Source: Planctomycetota bacterium (lineage in GTDB: Bacteria; Planctomycetota; B15-G4; JADJEK01). Taken from it: a stretch of 64,000 nucleotides of DNA. Where the stretch lies: NCBI GenBank assembly GCA_044225365.1, contig JBGAIQ010000001.1, positions 192,001 through 256,000 on the forward strand, written 5' to 3'. Of the stretch, positions 8,661-17,510 are shown one piece after another. The translations under genes were made by a program, and so were the position numbers. Each line of letters opens with the position of its first letter. Positions within the stretch are counted from its first letter, which is position 1. The notes beneath the pieces are model-generated. The model had not been told where the DNA came from. It saw only the letters and a program-made list of their open reading frames with translations, and did not search any database.

Positions 8661-10415
8661 ATGCCGAAGTATCTGGTCAAGAAGTTCTCGATCGATCAGG
8701 ACGCCCTCGACAAAGCGGTCGCCGCTGCGATGGGCGCCACCAAGACCGAAGAAGTGACTCGCATGTACGAGTCGTCCGTGAAGGACTTCTCGGAAGGCAC
8801 CTGCGTCAAGGGCAAGATCATGAAGATCCTGCCGGGCGAGGTCCTGGTCGACGTCGGGTACAAGTGCGAGGGCAGCATCCCGGCTCACGAGTTCGACAGC
8901 CTCGAGACGCTGCAGATCGGTCAGGAGCTCGAAGTCCTCATCGACGAGATCGAGACCGAGACGGGGTTCCTCCAGCTCAGCAAGCGCAAAGCCGATCGCA
9001 TCCGCGGTTGGGAGCGCGTCGTCTCCACGCACAAGGAAGGCGATATCGTCAAGGGCACGGTCGTCCGCAAGATCAAGGGCGGTCTGCTCGTCGACATCGG
9101 CGTACCGGTCTTCCTGCCGCAATCGCAGGTCTCCCTCCGCAAGATCGGCGACGTCGCCGATTTCATCGGCAAGGAGATCGAGTGCAAGATCATCAAGATC
9201 GACGAACCGCGCATGAACATCGTCGTGTCGCGCCGCAAGCTCATCGAGGAGCAGCGTGAACAGCAGCGCGGTCAGTTGCTCGCGACCCTCATCGAGGGTC
9301 AGGTCCGCAAGGGCGTCGTGAAGAACATCGCCGACTTCGGCGCGTTCGTCGACCTCGGCGGCATCGATGGTCTCCTCCACATCACCGACATGACGTGGGG
9401 CCGCATCAACCACCCGAGCGAGGCACTCCACATCGACCAGGAAGTCGAAGTGATGGTCCTGAAGTTCGATCGCGAGCGCAATCGCATCGCGCTCGGCATG
9501 AAGCAGCTCCAGAAGTCGCCCTGGGAGCAGATCGAGAGCAAGTACCCGATCACGTCGCAGCACGTCGGCGAGGTGGTCAACCTCATGCCGTACGGCGCGT
9601 TCGTCAAGCTCGAGGACGGCATCGAAGGTCTCGTCCACATCTCCGAGATGTCCTGGACTCGCCGCGTGAACCATCCGAACGAGATGGTCCAGATCGGCGA
9701 TCGCGTCGAGGTGAAGGTCCTCGACATCAACAAGGAGAAGCAGGAGATCTCGCTCGGCATGAAGCAGTGCGAGGTCAATCCCTGGACGACGGTCGAAGAC
9801 CGCTACCCGGTCGGCACGATCATCGAGGGCAAGGTCCGCAACCTCACGAACTACGGTGCGTTCATCGAGATCGAGGAGGGCATCGATGGCCTGCTCCACG
9901 TCTCCGACATGTCGTGGACGAAGAAGTACAGCCACCCGAACGAGGCGCTCAAGAAGGGCGACACCGTTCAGGCGGTCGTGCTCTCCGTCGATCGCGAGAA
10001 GAAGCGCGTCGCTCTCGGCGTGAAGCAGCTCACCCCGGATCCTTGGAAGGACGAGATTCCGCGCAAGTACGGCGTGGGCGACGTCGTCACGGGTCACGTC
10101 GTGAAGATCGCGAACTTCGGTGTGTTCGTCGAACTCGAGGACGGACTCGAAGGTCTGCTCCACATCTCCGAACTGTCGCGCAACAAGGTGAACGCGGCCG
10201 AGGACGTGGTGAAGATCGGACAGAAGGTCAACGTCCGCATCCTCAAGGTCGATACCGACGAGCGCAAGATCGGCCTCTCGATGATCAACGTCGAGCAGCC
10301 GCCGCTCGAAGAGGCGATGGCGAACGTGAAGCCCGACGCGCCGAAGGCGGCTCCGGAAGCGGCGGAGCCTGAAGCTCCGAGCGCATCGGAATCATCGGAC
10401 GCGACGACCGCCTGA
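8661..10415 (+). CDS. rpsA: 30S ribosomal protein S1
   Basis: Six S1 repeats (FGAFVDLGGIDGLLHI etc.); strong codon bias. Confidence 0.97.
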   Translation: MPKYLVKKFSIDQDALDKAVAAAMGATKTEEVTRMYESSVKDFSEGTCVKGKIMKILPGEVLVDVGYKCEGSIPAHEFDSLETLQIGQELEVLIDEIETETGFLQLSKRKADRIRGWERVVSTHKEGDIVKGTVVRKIKGGLLVDIGVPVFLPQSQVSLRKIGDVADFIGKEIECKIIKIDEPRMNIVVSRRKLIEEQREQQRGQLLATLIEGQVRKGVVKNIADFGAFVDLGGIDGLLHITDMTWGRINHPSEALHIDQEVEVMVLKFDRERNRIALGMKQLQKSPWEQIESKYPITSQHVGEVVNLMPYGAFVKLEDGIEGLVHISEMSWTRRVNHPNEMVQIGDRVEVKVLDINKEKQEISLGMKQCEVNPWTTVEDRYPVGTIIEGKVRNLTNYGAFIEIEEGIDGLLHVSDMSWTKKYSHPNEALKKGDTVQAVVLSVDREKKRVALGVKQLTPDPWKDEIPRKYGVGDVVTGHVVKIANFGVFVELEDGLEGLLHISELSRNKVNAAEDVVKIGQKVNVRILKVDTDERKIGLSMINVEQPPLEEAMANVKPDAPKAAPEAAEPEAPSASESSDATTA

Positions 10416-10436
10416 TCTCGTCGCTTGGTTCCCCGG

Positions 10437-10473
10437 CGCGGCGGCTTCGCGATTCTTTCGCGGGGCCGCCGCG
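10437..10473 (+). terminator. Stem-loop after rpsA
   Basis: CGCGGCGGCTTCGCGA-TTCTT-TCGCGGGGCCGCCGCG, 16-bp stem with two G-U pairs; no clear U-tract. Confidence 0.55.
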
Positions 10474-10500
10474 TCGTCCGTTTGGCGGGAAGGTTCGAGA

Positions 10501-11673
10501 ATGATGACGAATCCACGGACGAAGCATCGGGAGACTTCGGGTCGACGGCCCGACGATTTCGTCGCGGGCCTCGTCGCGGCCTTCTTCGTCGTGTGCTTCA
10601 TCGCCTGCACATCGCCGCCTCAGGACTCGGGCCCGCCGGCCGGATCGTTGCCGCTCTCGAATGCGGAACTCGAGCGGAGATTCCAAGTGGTGAACGGGCT
10701 CGTCGCCGATCGGGCGGAGGAGCAAGCGCTCTCGTTGCTCGAGCAGACGATGAAGGAACCGCTCGACGTGGCATCCCGTCGCGATGTGCAGCGCGTGACC
10801 AGCGAGGTTCGGCGTTCGAAGTTCTATCGCGACGAACCGCTGCACCTCTCGATCGAACTCGATCGCCCGCGCTACCGCTACGGCGAGGCGATGTCGTTGC
10901 GACTCACGTTCATGAATCTCGGTCGCGAGCCCCTTCGGCTCGTCGCCCGTCATCGTGGGATCCTCGACTTCCTTACGCTCGGCGACGGGGAGAACGCGGT
11001 CCTGGATCTCTCCATCGAATACCGCGACTGCGACGCTGCGGGATCCCGCGTCGCGGAGAGGGAGAACGTCGCGCTCCGGCTACCCGCGGATCTGGCGATC
11101 GCCTCCGGTGGTGCTGCGGATCTCGTCGCTACGGTCCCGCTCTCGGTGCGGCGGGGTGCGTTGTTCGGCGCCGTCGCGATCGAGGCCGTACTCCGTCCGG
11201 TCGCGATCGAGGCCGGGGAGTCGACGCGCTTCGACGCGTTGCACCTCGGGACCGCGCGTGCCACGCTCGTCCGCCGGGAAGTGGAGAAGTGGTACGACGC
11301 CGGACTCGAAAGCCTCGACGAGGAAATCGGCGCGACACCTCACGAACGACCCGAAGCGCTGCTCCTCGCGGCGGCGGGCCTGCAAGATGCACAATTGCGA
11401 AGCGGCATCGATCGGTTGCTGCGAGCCGCGCCGAACCTGGATCCGCAACGTCGCGCGCTGGCCATGGCCGCGATCGCCTGGCTGCTCGAGGAACCGATCG
11501 GGGGAGACGCCGTGTCCGCACTCTCGTGGTGGGATGCCCATGCGAAGGCGTTGACGGACACCGATCTCTCGGCACGGCGGATCGGCGGCGCGCGCATGGA
11601 GCGTGGCCTCCTTGCGGGCGGAGCGATCGAGATCCCCGCGAGCACGCGCCACGGTCCTCCCGCAGCTCGGTGA
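10501..11673 (+). CDS. Hypothetical exported protein, possible lipoprotein
   Basis: Hydrophobic leader ending FIA-C; Ig-like middle part and helical C-terminus. Confidence 0.65.
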   Translation: MMTNPRTKHRETSGRRPDDFVAGLVAAFFVVCFIACTSPPQDSGPPAGSLPLSNAELERRFQVVNGLVADRAEEQALSLLEQTMKEPLDVASRRDVQRVTSEVRRSKFYRDEPLHLSIELDRPRYRYGEAMSLRLTFMNLGREPLRLVARHRGILDFLTLGDGENAVLDLSIEYRDCDAAGSRVAERENVALRLPADLAIASGGAADLVATVPLSVRRGALFGAVAIEAVLRPVAIEAGESTRFDALHLGTARATLVRREVEKWYDAGLESLDEEIGATPHERPEALLLAAAGLQDAQLRSGIDRLLRAAPNLDPQRRALAMAAIAWLLEEPIGGDAVSALSWWDAHAKALTDTDLSARRIGGARMERGLLAGGAIEIPASTRHGPPAAR

Positions 11674-11803
11674 GGGCCTCGTGAACCAGTCGCGGGGAGA
11701 TCATGTCGAGCGCGTGGGTGTTCGATAAGCTATGGAAATCGGTCCGCCGCATTCCGAACCCATGTTCGGAGAGAGCGTTTCCTCGATCCCTCTTCTTGAT
11801 CCC

Positions 11804-13054
11804 ATGGTCGTACTCGCATCGTTGCTCAGCCTCGCGCTCCTCGTCGACGCCACTCCCAAGAATGGTGAGGAGGGTGCGCTCACTCCATTCGCGGATCTGG
11901 CGTCACCCTATTTCGAAGTGCGTAGCGCCGCCCAGCAACGGTTGCTCGCGACGCGATTCGAGGATGCCCAAAAGGTCGCGGCGAAGCTCCTCGTTGCACC
12001 CGATCCCAAGCTGCGCCTCGCCGGAGTCGAGTGGTATCGCGAACAGCTGAGGTTTCCGAAGCCGCGGGAGGTCGACGTTGCGGCGTTCGAATCCGCGCTC
12101 GCGAAGGAAACCGATCCGACCGTCCGGTCGCGTGCGATCCAGGTCGCGGCCGAGATCGGCAGCGTCGTCGATTCGTTGAAGAAAGCGGCGGGCGAGGGGC
12201 GGATCCCGAAGGGGGAGATCGACACGCTCCTTCGGGCGCGGCTCGTTCGACTCTGCGAACAGGTGATGCTCGACGGCGAGATCCCGGGTTTCTTCGACGG
12301 TCAGTTCGCGGCGATGCACTCGCTCGACAAATCGGCGCTCGCGCGGATCACGATGTGGGCGTGGGATCCTCGCGTCCATCCGGTTCTCCGCAAGCTGATG
12401 ATCATGGCCTTGCACGAGCCGCGACCCCGCGAACTCGAACAGCTCCTCCGTCCGCTCCTCGTTCCGCCCAAGTTCGAAGTGGATTGGATGTCGCCTCTCA
12501 AGAGAATGGGCTTTCGCGCGAGTCAGCCGGAAGAGATCCAAGCCGTTCTGAGGGCCGAGTACAGCCAATACGCGCGTTTCTCGCTCGCGAAGGCCGGCAT
12601 CGCCGGCCCAATCGACGCGAAGATCCAGGAACTGCTCGCCGACTTCGAGAACCAGATGGAGCGGGTACAGAAGATAAGAGAGCGCGAGGACGAACTCGGA
12701 ATCGACGTCACGATCTACGTCGAGGCCGCGTACGACACGCTGTTCCAGGTCGGCTACCATCACCAACAACTCGATCGCTACGATGCCGCGGAACAGGTGT
12801 ATCGGAAGATCGTCGATAGTGGTGAAGAGGTCAGCGCGCGGATCTGGTCCTACTACAACCTCGCGTGCATTCGCGCGATCCAGGGTCGCAACGACGATGC
12901 GATCGTCGAGTTCCAACACGCCATCGACGTCGGCTTCAACGATCTGCGCTGGGCGACCCGCGACGGCGATCTGAAGCCCCTGCGCGACGACCCTCGATTC
13001 CAGAGGATGCTCGCGGGACTTCCGCCGACGGGCGACAAGGCCCCGCCGCGTTGA
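11804..13054 (+). CDS. Exported HEAT/TPR-repeat protein
   Basis: Signal peptide from ATG 11804; C-terminal TPR YYNLACIRAIQG...DGDLKPLRDDPRFQRM. Confidence 0.75.
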   Translation: MVVLASLLSLALLVDATPKNGEEGALTPFADLASPYFEVRSAAQQRLLATRFEDAQKVAAKLLVAPDPKLRLAGVEWYREQLRFPKPREVDVAAFESALAKETDPTVRSRAIQVAAEIGSVVDSLKKAAGEGRIPKGEIDTLLRARLVRLCEQVMLDGEIPGFFDGQFAAMHSLDKSALARITMWAWDPRVHPVLRKLMIMALHEPRPRELEQLLRPLLVPPKFEVDWMSPLKRMGFRASQPEEIQAVLRAEYSQYARFSLAKAGIAGPIDAKIQELLADFENQMERVQKIREREDELGIDVTIYVEAAYDTLFQVGYHHQQLDRYDAAEQVYRKIVDSGEEVSARIWSYYNLACIRAIQGRNDDAIVEFQHAIDVGFNDLRWATRDGDLKPLRDDPRFQRMLAGLPPTGDKAPPR

Positions 13055-13061
13055 ACGAGCG

Positions 13062-14036
13062 TCAGCGCATCTTCGCGAACTGGCCCCAGTAGTCCGAGTA
13101 GAAGGCCAGGATCCGCCAAACGGCGAAGATCACGACCGCGAAGTAGAAGCCGCGCGATGCGATCCGCGTCAGCGTGGCGGCGGTGTTCCCCGCGCGCTCA
13201 TCGAGCAGGTGGGAGGCGTCGGTGAGCGCCCTCGAGAGATCTCCCGCCGTCTCCGCCACGACGATCATCGCGAGAGTCTCCGGTCGATCCATGGGCAACG
13301 CCTGCACGACCTCGCGGAATTCGCCGTGACCCCGGGCCGCATCGTCGACCGCGCTCTCGTACTTCCGCTTCAGATCGTCGAATCGGATCGCCGCCAGGGA
13401 CTTCCTGGCCGCGTCGAGGATCGGAATGCCGGCTTCGTAGAGCTGACCGACCGTTCCGAGGTAGGCGGCGGCTTCGCGGTCGCGGATCATCGTCTCGACG
13501 GCAGGGACGAGTCGCACGAATCGAGCGACGCCCGTGCCCGGATTCGGCGCGGCCAGACTGCGGTAAAGGAGGAATAGGAGCACATCGACGGGCACGCAGA
13601 TCCCAATGAAGAGGAGCATCGCACGGTGGGGCGCGGAGAGGATCTGCATCGACACCGTGGCGAGCACAGCGAGGTGGAAGACCGCGAGCGGATACCACGC
13701 TTGCTTTCGGGCGAGATCGATGGACGTCTGGCGGCCCTCGTCCCACGCCGCGATTCGCTTCAACTGCCGTCCGAGGTGCCCGCTCTTCTCGGCGGCCTCC
13801 AGGATCGCGCCGTGGACGACCGGAATGCCGAGGTCACTCGCTCCCAAGATCGCGTCCGAGACCGGGTTACCGGAGCGCAACGAAGCCCGGATCCGTTCGG
13901 TCAGCGCGCGGAGGGCGGGCCGGCGAAAGCCGCGTTCGAGGGCGTCGGCGAGCGCTTCGGGCGGCACATTGGCGTCGAGCAGTTCGGCGAGCGTGCGGTA
14001 ATAGCGCGCTCGGGGAAGGAGGGGGATTGCGGCCAT
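13062..14036 (-). CDS. Type II secretion/type IV pilus platform protein (GspF/PilC family)
   Basis: Two T2SSF-like domains (LAELLDANVP...AAEKSGHL; LYEAGIPI...VAETAGDL) each followed by TM segments. Confidence 0.85.
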   Translation of the reverse strand: MAAIPLLPRARYYRTLAELLDANVPPEALADALERGFRRPALRALTERIRASLRSGNPVSDAILGASDLGIPVVHGAILEAAEKSGHLGRQLKRIAAWDEGRQTSIDLARKQAWYPLAVFHLAVLATVSMQILSAPHRAMLLFIGICVPVDVLLFLLYRSLAAPNPGTGVARFVRLVPAVETMIRDREAAAYLGTVGQLYEAGIPILDAARKSLAAIRFDDLKRKYESAVDDAARGHGEFREVVQALPMDRPETLAMIVVAETAGDLSRALTDASHLLDERAGNTAATLTRIASRGFYFAVVIFAVWRILAFYSDYWGQFAKMR

Positions 14037-14310
14037 CTCGCCAGCCTCTTTCGGGTCGTTTCGTCGTTCACGGTTCGATCGAGTCGGCGATGGGTCGGGG
14101 CAGTCGCTCCTCGACCCGAAAAGAAAATGGCTCCGAAAAACAGGCGCGCCGTTCTTCGGTGTGTTACCATTCGCCCGAAGCACTTGGACGCGAAAAGTCG
14201 CGCCGGGTGTACGAGAAGAACAAAACGTTCGCGTTCAGCGGCGGCCGGCCGGAGCCCTTCCCCTCCCCAACCGCCATCTCCGGCCGCCTGCGCCGTCGAG
14301 CGTCGAACAT

Positions 14311-14336
14311 AATTTTCCCCCGCAAGGGGGAAAATT
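14311..14336. terminator. Perfect 11-bp hairpin with GCAA tetraloop in intergenic region
   Basis: AATTTTCCCCC-GCAA-GGGGGAAAATT followed by TTT; terminator/attenuator role is inferred. Confidence 0.55.
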
Positions 14337-14554
14337 TTTGCATGACGGTTTTGCTCGGACGCGAAGCGGATGTCGCGGAATCGCGGCGCGCGATCCAACA
14401 AGATCTCGGGAAAAGGGATTCAGCTTTACGTCGCGGTTTCCCGAAAGAGTATTCAGAGTTCTAAGATCGCGCGTTCGCGCCGGCTGCTCGGTTTGCAGTG
14501 GCGACGGCTCGCGCCTGCTGGTTCGTTCTTCGGGCGCCGCGGAGGCTCCTCGTC

Positions 14555-15106
14555 ATGGTCGATCCCGATTCGGTCGGCTCGTTCAATTCGGAAGCGGGTC
14601 TGTTCAGCTATGCGCAGATCCTGCATCTCCTGAAGATCGAGTTCAGCCGTGCCCGACGTTACGGGTACCCGTTGACCTGCTGTTTGTTCCAGATCGATCG
14701 ATTGGAGAACCTCAAGGATCTCTACGGATACAAGGTCCGCGATCGCATCGAGGAGTCCGTCGTTTCGATCGTCCATCAGCTCACGCGTTCGTCCGACTTC
14801 CTCGGGAAGATCGGCGAACGCATGATCATGATCCTCCCGCACACCGACGCCGAAGGAGTCAAGGTGCTGATGGAGCGGGTGCGCACGCGGGTGAAGGAAT
14901 TCGCTTTCGAAGTGGATGATCGGCCGGTCCAGGTGACCCTTTCCGCCGGCATCGCGACCTATCGCGATCGCAACACCTTGTTCTTCGATTCGATCATCAA
15001 GAATGCCGAGAGCGCCTTGGCGCAGATCATCGGCCGCGGGGGAAACGCGGTCGGGATCCACACCGCGACTCCCGATTCGAAGGAACCCGACCGGACTCGC
15101 GCCTGA
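14555..15106 (+). CDS. Stand-alone degenerate GGDEF-domain protein with intact RxxD I-site
   Basis: GGDEF-like profile (EFSRARRYGYPL, VTLSAGIA, GGN) but signature reads GKIGERM; RSSD five residues upstream; start ATG 14555 or GTG 14498. Confidence 0.85.
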   Translation: MVDPDSVGSFNSEAGLFSYAQILHLLKIEFSRARRYGYPLTCCLFQIDRLENLKDLYGYKVRDRIEESVVSIVHQLTRSSDFLGKIGERMIMILPHTDAEGVKVLMERVRTRVKEFAFEVDDRPVQVTLSAGIATYRDRNTLFFDSIIKNAESALAQIIGRGGNAVGIHTATPDSKEPDRTRA

Positions 15107-15154
15107 GCGATCCGCCGGCCCCTTCGCTCTCCACTCCCGATCGAATTGCGATGC

Positions 15155-15190
15155 AAAAAAGAACGACGGCCGCTGCCGGGCGACCGTCGT
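15155..15190 (-). terminator. Intrinsic terminator on minus strand with no upstream minus-strand CDS
   Basis: Minus strand ACGACGGTCGC-CCGGCA-GCGGCCGTCGT-TCTTTTTT. Confidence 0.75.
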
Positions 15191-15285
15191 GGGAGTTCTT
15201 CAAGGCGATCCGACCTTGGATAGGAGATGTTTGGGGAATGAGGGAAGATCGGACTTTTACTGCGCTGTTGGCAACCTTGAGACCG
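15155..15285 (-). ncRNA. Putative structured small RNA (5-prime end uncertain)
   Basis: Nested stems 15280-15274/15206-15200 and 15253-15245/15217-15209, 27-nt C/U-rich loop, then terminator; G-U pairs work only on minus strand. Confidence 0.5.
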
Positions 15286-15355
15286 AGCCGCTTCCGATTC
15301 CGAAGAATCATCTGCGCACGGCCGCCCCTTCGACGGGTCGGTTCCTTCAAAGGTT

Positions 15356-15377
15356 CGGAGAATTCAGGAATTCTCCG
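15356..15377. promoter_or_regulatory. Perfect inverted repeat, operator-like
   Basis: CGGAGAATTC-AG-GAATTCTCCG. Confidence 0.45.
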
Positions 15378-15514
15378 GTTGGACTCCTTCGATCGACCTG
15401 CGGAATCCGAGATATGGACACCCTGCGGAGGGTCCTTCGAATTCTGCTCGCGCGCTGCGAGTTCGGGCGTTCGTGGGCCGGCGCGCTGGGTAAGCTCCGC
15501 ACCCCCGATCCCCG

Positions 15515-16324
15515 ATGACACAGCCCACCCGAATCTCCTTCCGCCAGCGCCTCCATTCGCTCTGGAAGCGCTCCGTGCTCAACCCGTACCGGCTCGACGT
15601 CGAGCTCCTGCGTGAAGGAGTTGCCGCGTTTGGCCCTCGACTGACGGGGCGGCTGCTCGATGTCGGGTGCGGCGAACGGCCCTACGCCGCACTGTTCCCG
15701 GGCGTGACCCGTTACATCGGGATCGAGCATCTCGGGGCGGTGATCAACGTCGACAAGCGATTGAACGTGTCGGTCGCGCACGTCCGCGGGATCATCGATG
15801 CATTCGCGGACGGCAGCGATCTCCCGTTCCGCGACGGGTCGTTCGATTGTTGCGTCGCGACCGAGGTCCTCGAGCACGTGCTCGACCCGGCGCGCGTGGT
15901 ACGCGAGATGGCGCGCGTCACGAAGGCGGGGGGCCTCGTACTGATCACGGTGCCCTTCGTCGGCGAACTGCACCAGATTCCCTACGACTATCGGCGCTAC
16001 ACCCGCTTCGGCATCGAGAAGCAGCTCGCGGCGGGTGGGTTCGAGATCCTCGAGATCAAGTCGCGCGGCAACTACATCATGACGGCGGGGCGCGTCCTGG
16101 CGCACGCGATCTACCGCCTCGGCGGCAAACGCGTGAAGAACGACGGCGCGATCCAGATGCACAAGTTCGCGATCCCGATCGTCCTGCCGCTCGCTGGGCT
16201 CGTCCTCGCCGTTTTCCGCTTCTTCGGGCGGTTCAGCGGCGATGACAGTCTGTGTCTCGGCTACTCCGTGCTCGCGCGCCGGCTGCCGCCCGGCTCGGCC
16301 GCAAACGCCCAACTGCCCTCTTGA
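15515..16324 (+). CDS. Class I SAM-dependent methyltransferase
   Basis: LLDVGCG, LPFRDGSFD, EVLEHV, PYDYRRYT motifs, a type often found in glycan loci. Confidence 0.9.
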   Translation: MTQPTRISFRQRLHSLWKRSVLNPYRLDVELLREGVAAFGPRLTGRLLDVGCGERPYAALFPGVTRYIGIEHLGAVINVDKRLNVSVAHVRGIIDAFADGSDLPFRDGSFDCCVATEVLEHVLDPARVVREMARVTKAGGLVLITVPFVGELHQIPYDYRRYTRFGIEKQLAAGGFEILEIKSRGNYIMTAGRVLAHAIYRLGGKRVKNDGAIQMHKFAIPIVLPLAGLVLAVFRFFGRFSGDDSLCLGYSVLARRLPPGSAANAQLPS

Positions 16325-16565
16325 CCGCGGACCGGTCGGTCCCGAAGATACGCGACCTTCCCCGATGCTACGGACTGCGCGGCTTGGCGATGGCCCGCAG
16401 GAACCGATCGTGGACGCCGCTCCCACGGCGGCGAATGTAGGTGGGGCAAGCGACCGGTCCAAGGTGATCGCCGGTCGTCCCAACGCATGAGTTCTCACTT
16501 CGTTTCGTAGTGACGAGCGCGGCGCCGGCCCAATGGGTCGCGCCGCAGCCGGAGAGGTACTCGCG

Positions 16566-17510
16566 ATGATTCGCGTTTCGAATCTGGTGAAGACGTTCGG
16601 TCCCACGCTCGCCGTGGACGACGTCTCGTTCGAGGTTCCCGAGGGCCAGATCGTTGGCTTCCTCGGCCCGAACGGGGCGGGCAAGTCGACGACGATGCGG
16701 ATGCTCACGACGTATCTCGACCCCGACTCGGGGAAGATCGAGATCGCCGGCATCGACGCCCTCGAGAGTCCGCTCGAGGCGCGCCAGCAGCTCGGCTACC
16801 TGCCGGAGTCGGCGCCGCTCTACGAAGAGCTCAACGTCGTCGACTCGCTCAAGTACATCGGCCGGATCCGCGGCCTCGGCGGCGGCAACCTCGGCAATCG
16901 CGTCGATGCGATGGTCGACGCCTGCGGTCTCGAGGGCGTCGTCCACAAGGACATCGGCGAACTCTCGAAGGGTTACCGCCAGCGCGTGGGACTCGCGCAA
17001 ACGCTCATTCACGACCCGGACTTCCTGATCCTCGACGAGCCGACGACGGGTCTCGACCCGAATCAGATCAAGGAGATCCGCGGGCTCATCAAGAAGATCG
17101 GCGAGAAGAAGACGATCATCCTGTCGACCCACATCCTCTCCGAAGTCCAGGCGACCTGCACTCGCGCAATCATCATCAACCAGGGCAGGCTCGTCGCGGA
17201 CGGTCATCCCGACGAACTCGTCTCGAAGATGGGAAGCACGGCGGTTCGCTTCCAGGTCGTGCTGCGCGGCGGCAATCCACCGCAGATCGAGAGCGAGCTG
17301 AAGAAGCTCGACGGCGTACGCGGCGTCGAGATGTTGCCCGAGAGTGGTCGCGGGGTCCGCTTCACCGTCGCCGGCTCGCACGAAGAGCTCGGCGAGAACA
17401 TCTTCAAGTGCGCGGTTCGCTGCAACTGGACGCTCTCCGAGCTGTCGCCGGAACGGGCGACCCTCGAAGACGTCTTCAGCAAGCTGACGGGCGCGGGAGG
17501 CAAGTCATGA
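16566..17510 (+). CDS. ABC transporter ATP-binding protein, GldA-like
   Basis: GPNGAGKST, LSKGYRQR, LILDEPT, STH. Confidence 0.92.
   Translation: MIRVSNLVKTFGPTLAVDDVSFEVPEGQIVGFLGPNGAGKSTTMRMLTTYLDPDSGKIEIAGIDALESPLEARQQLGYLPESAPLYEELNVVDSLKYIGRIRGLGGGNLGNRVDAMVDACGLEGVVHKDIGELSKGYRQRVGLAQTLIHDPDFLILDEPTTGLDPNQIKEIRGLIKKIGEKKTIILSTHILSEVQATCTRAIIINQGRLVADGHPDELVSKMGSTAVRFQVVLRGGNPPQIESELKKLDGVRGVEMLPESGRGVRFTVAGSHEELGENIFKCAVRCNWTLSELSPERATLEDVFSKLTGAGGKS

Noticed and set aside
14340-14420. c-di-GMP-I riboswitch suggested by GGACGCGAAGC
   Set aside because: The upstream GGCAAAC and GAAA-capped stem of the motif are not present
15151-15615. 154-aa plus ORF and 164-aa minus ORF (15027-15521) in the intergenic gap
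   Set aside because: Atypical codon usage, overlaps with real genes and no motifs; RNA structure explains the region better
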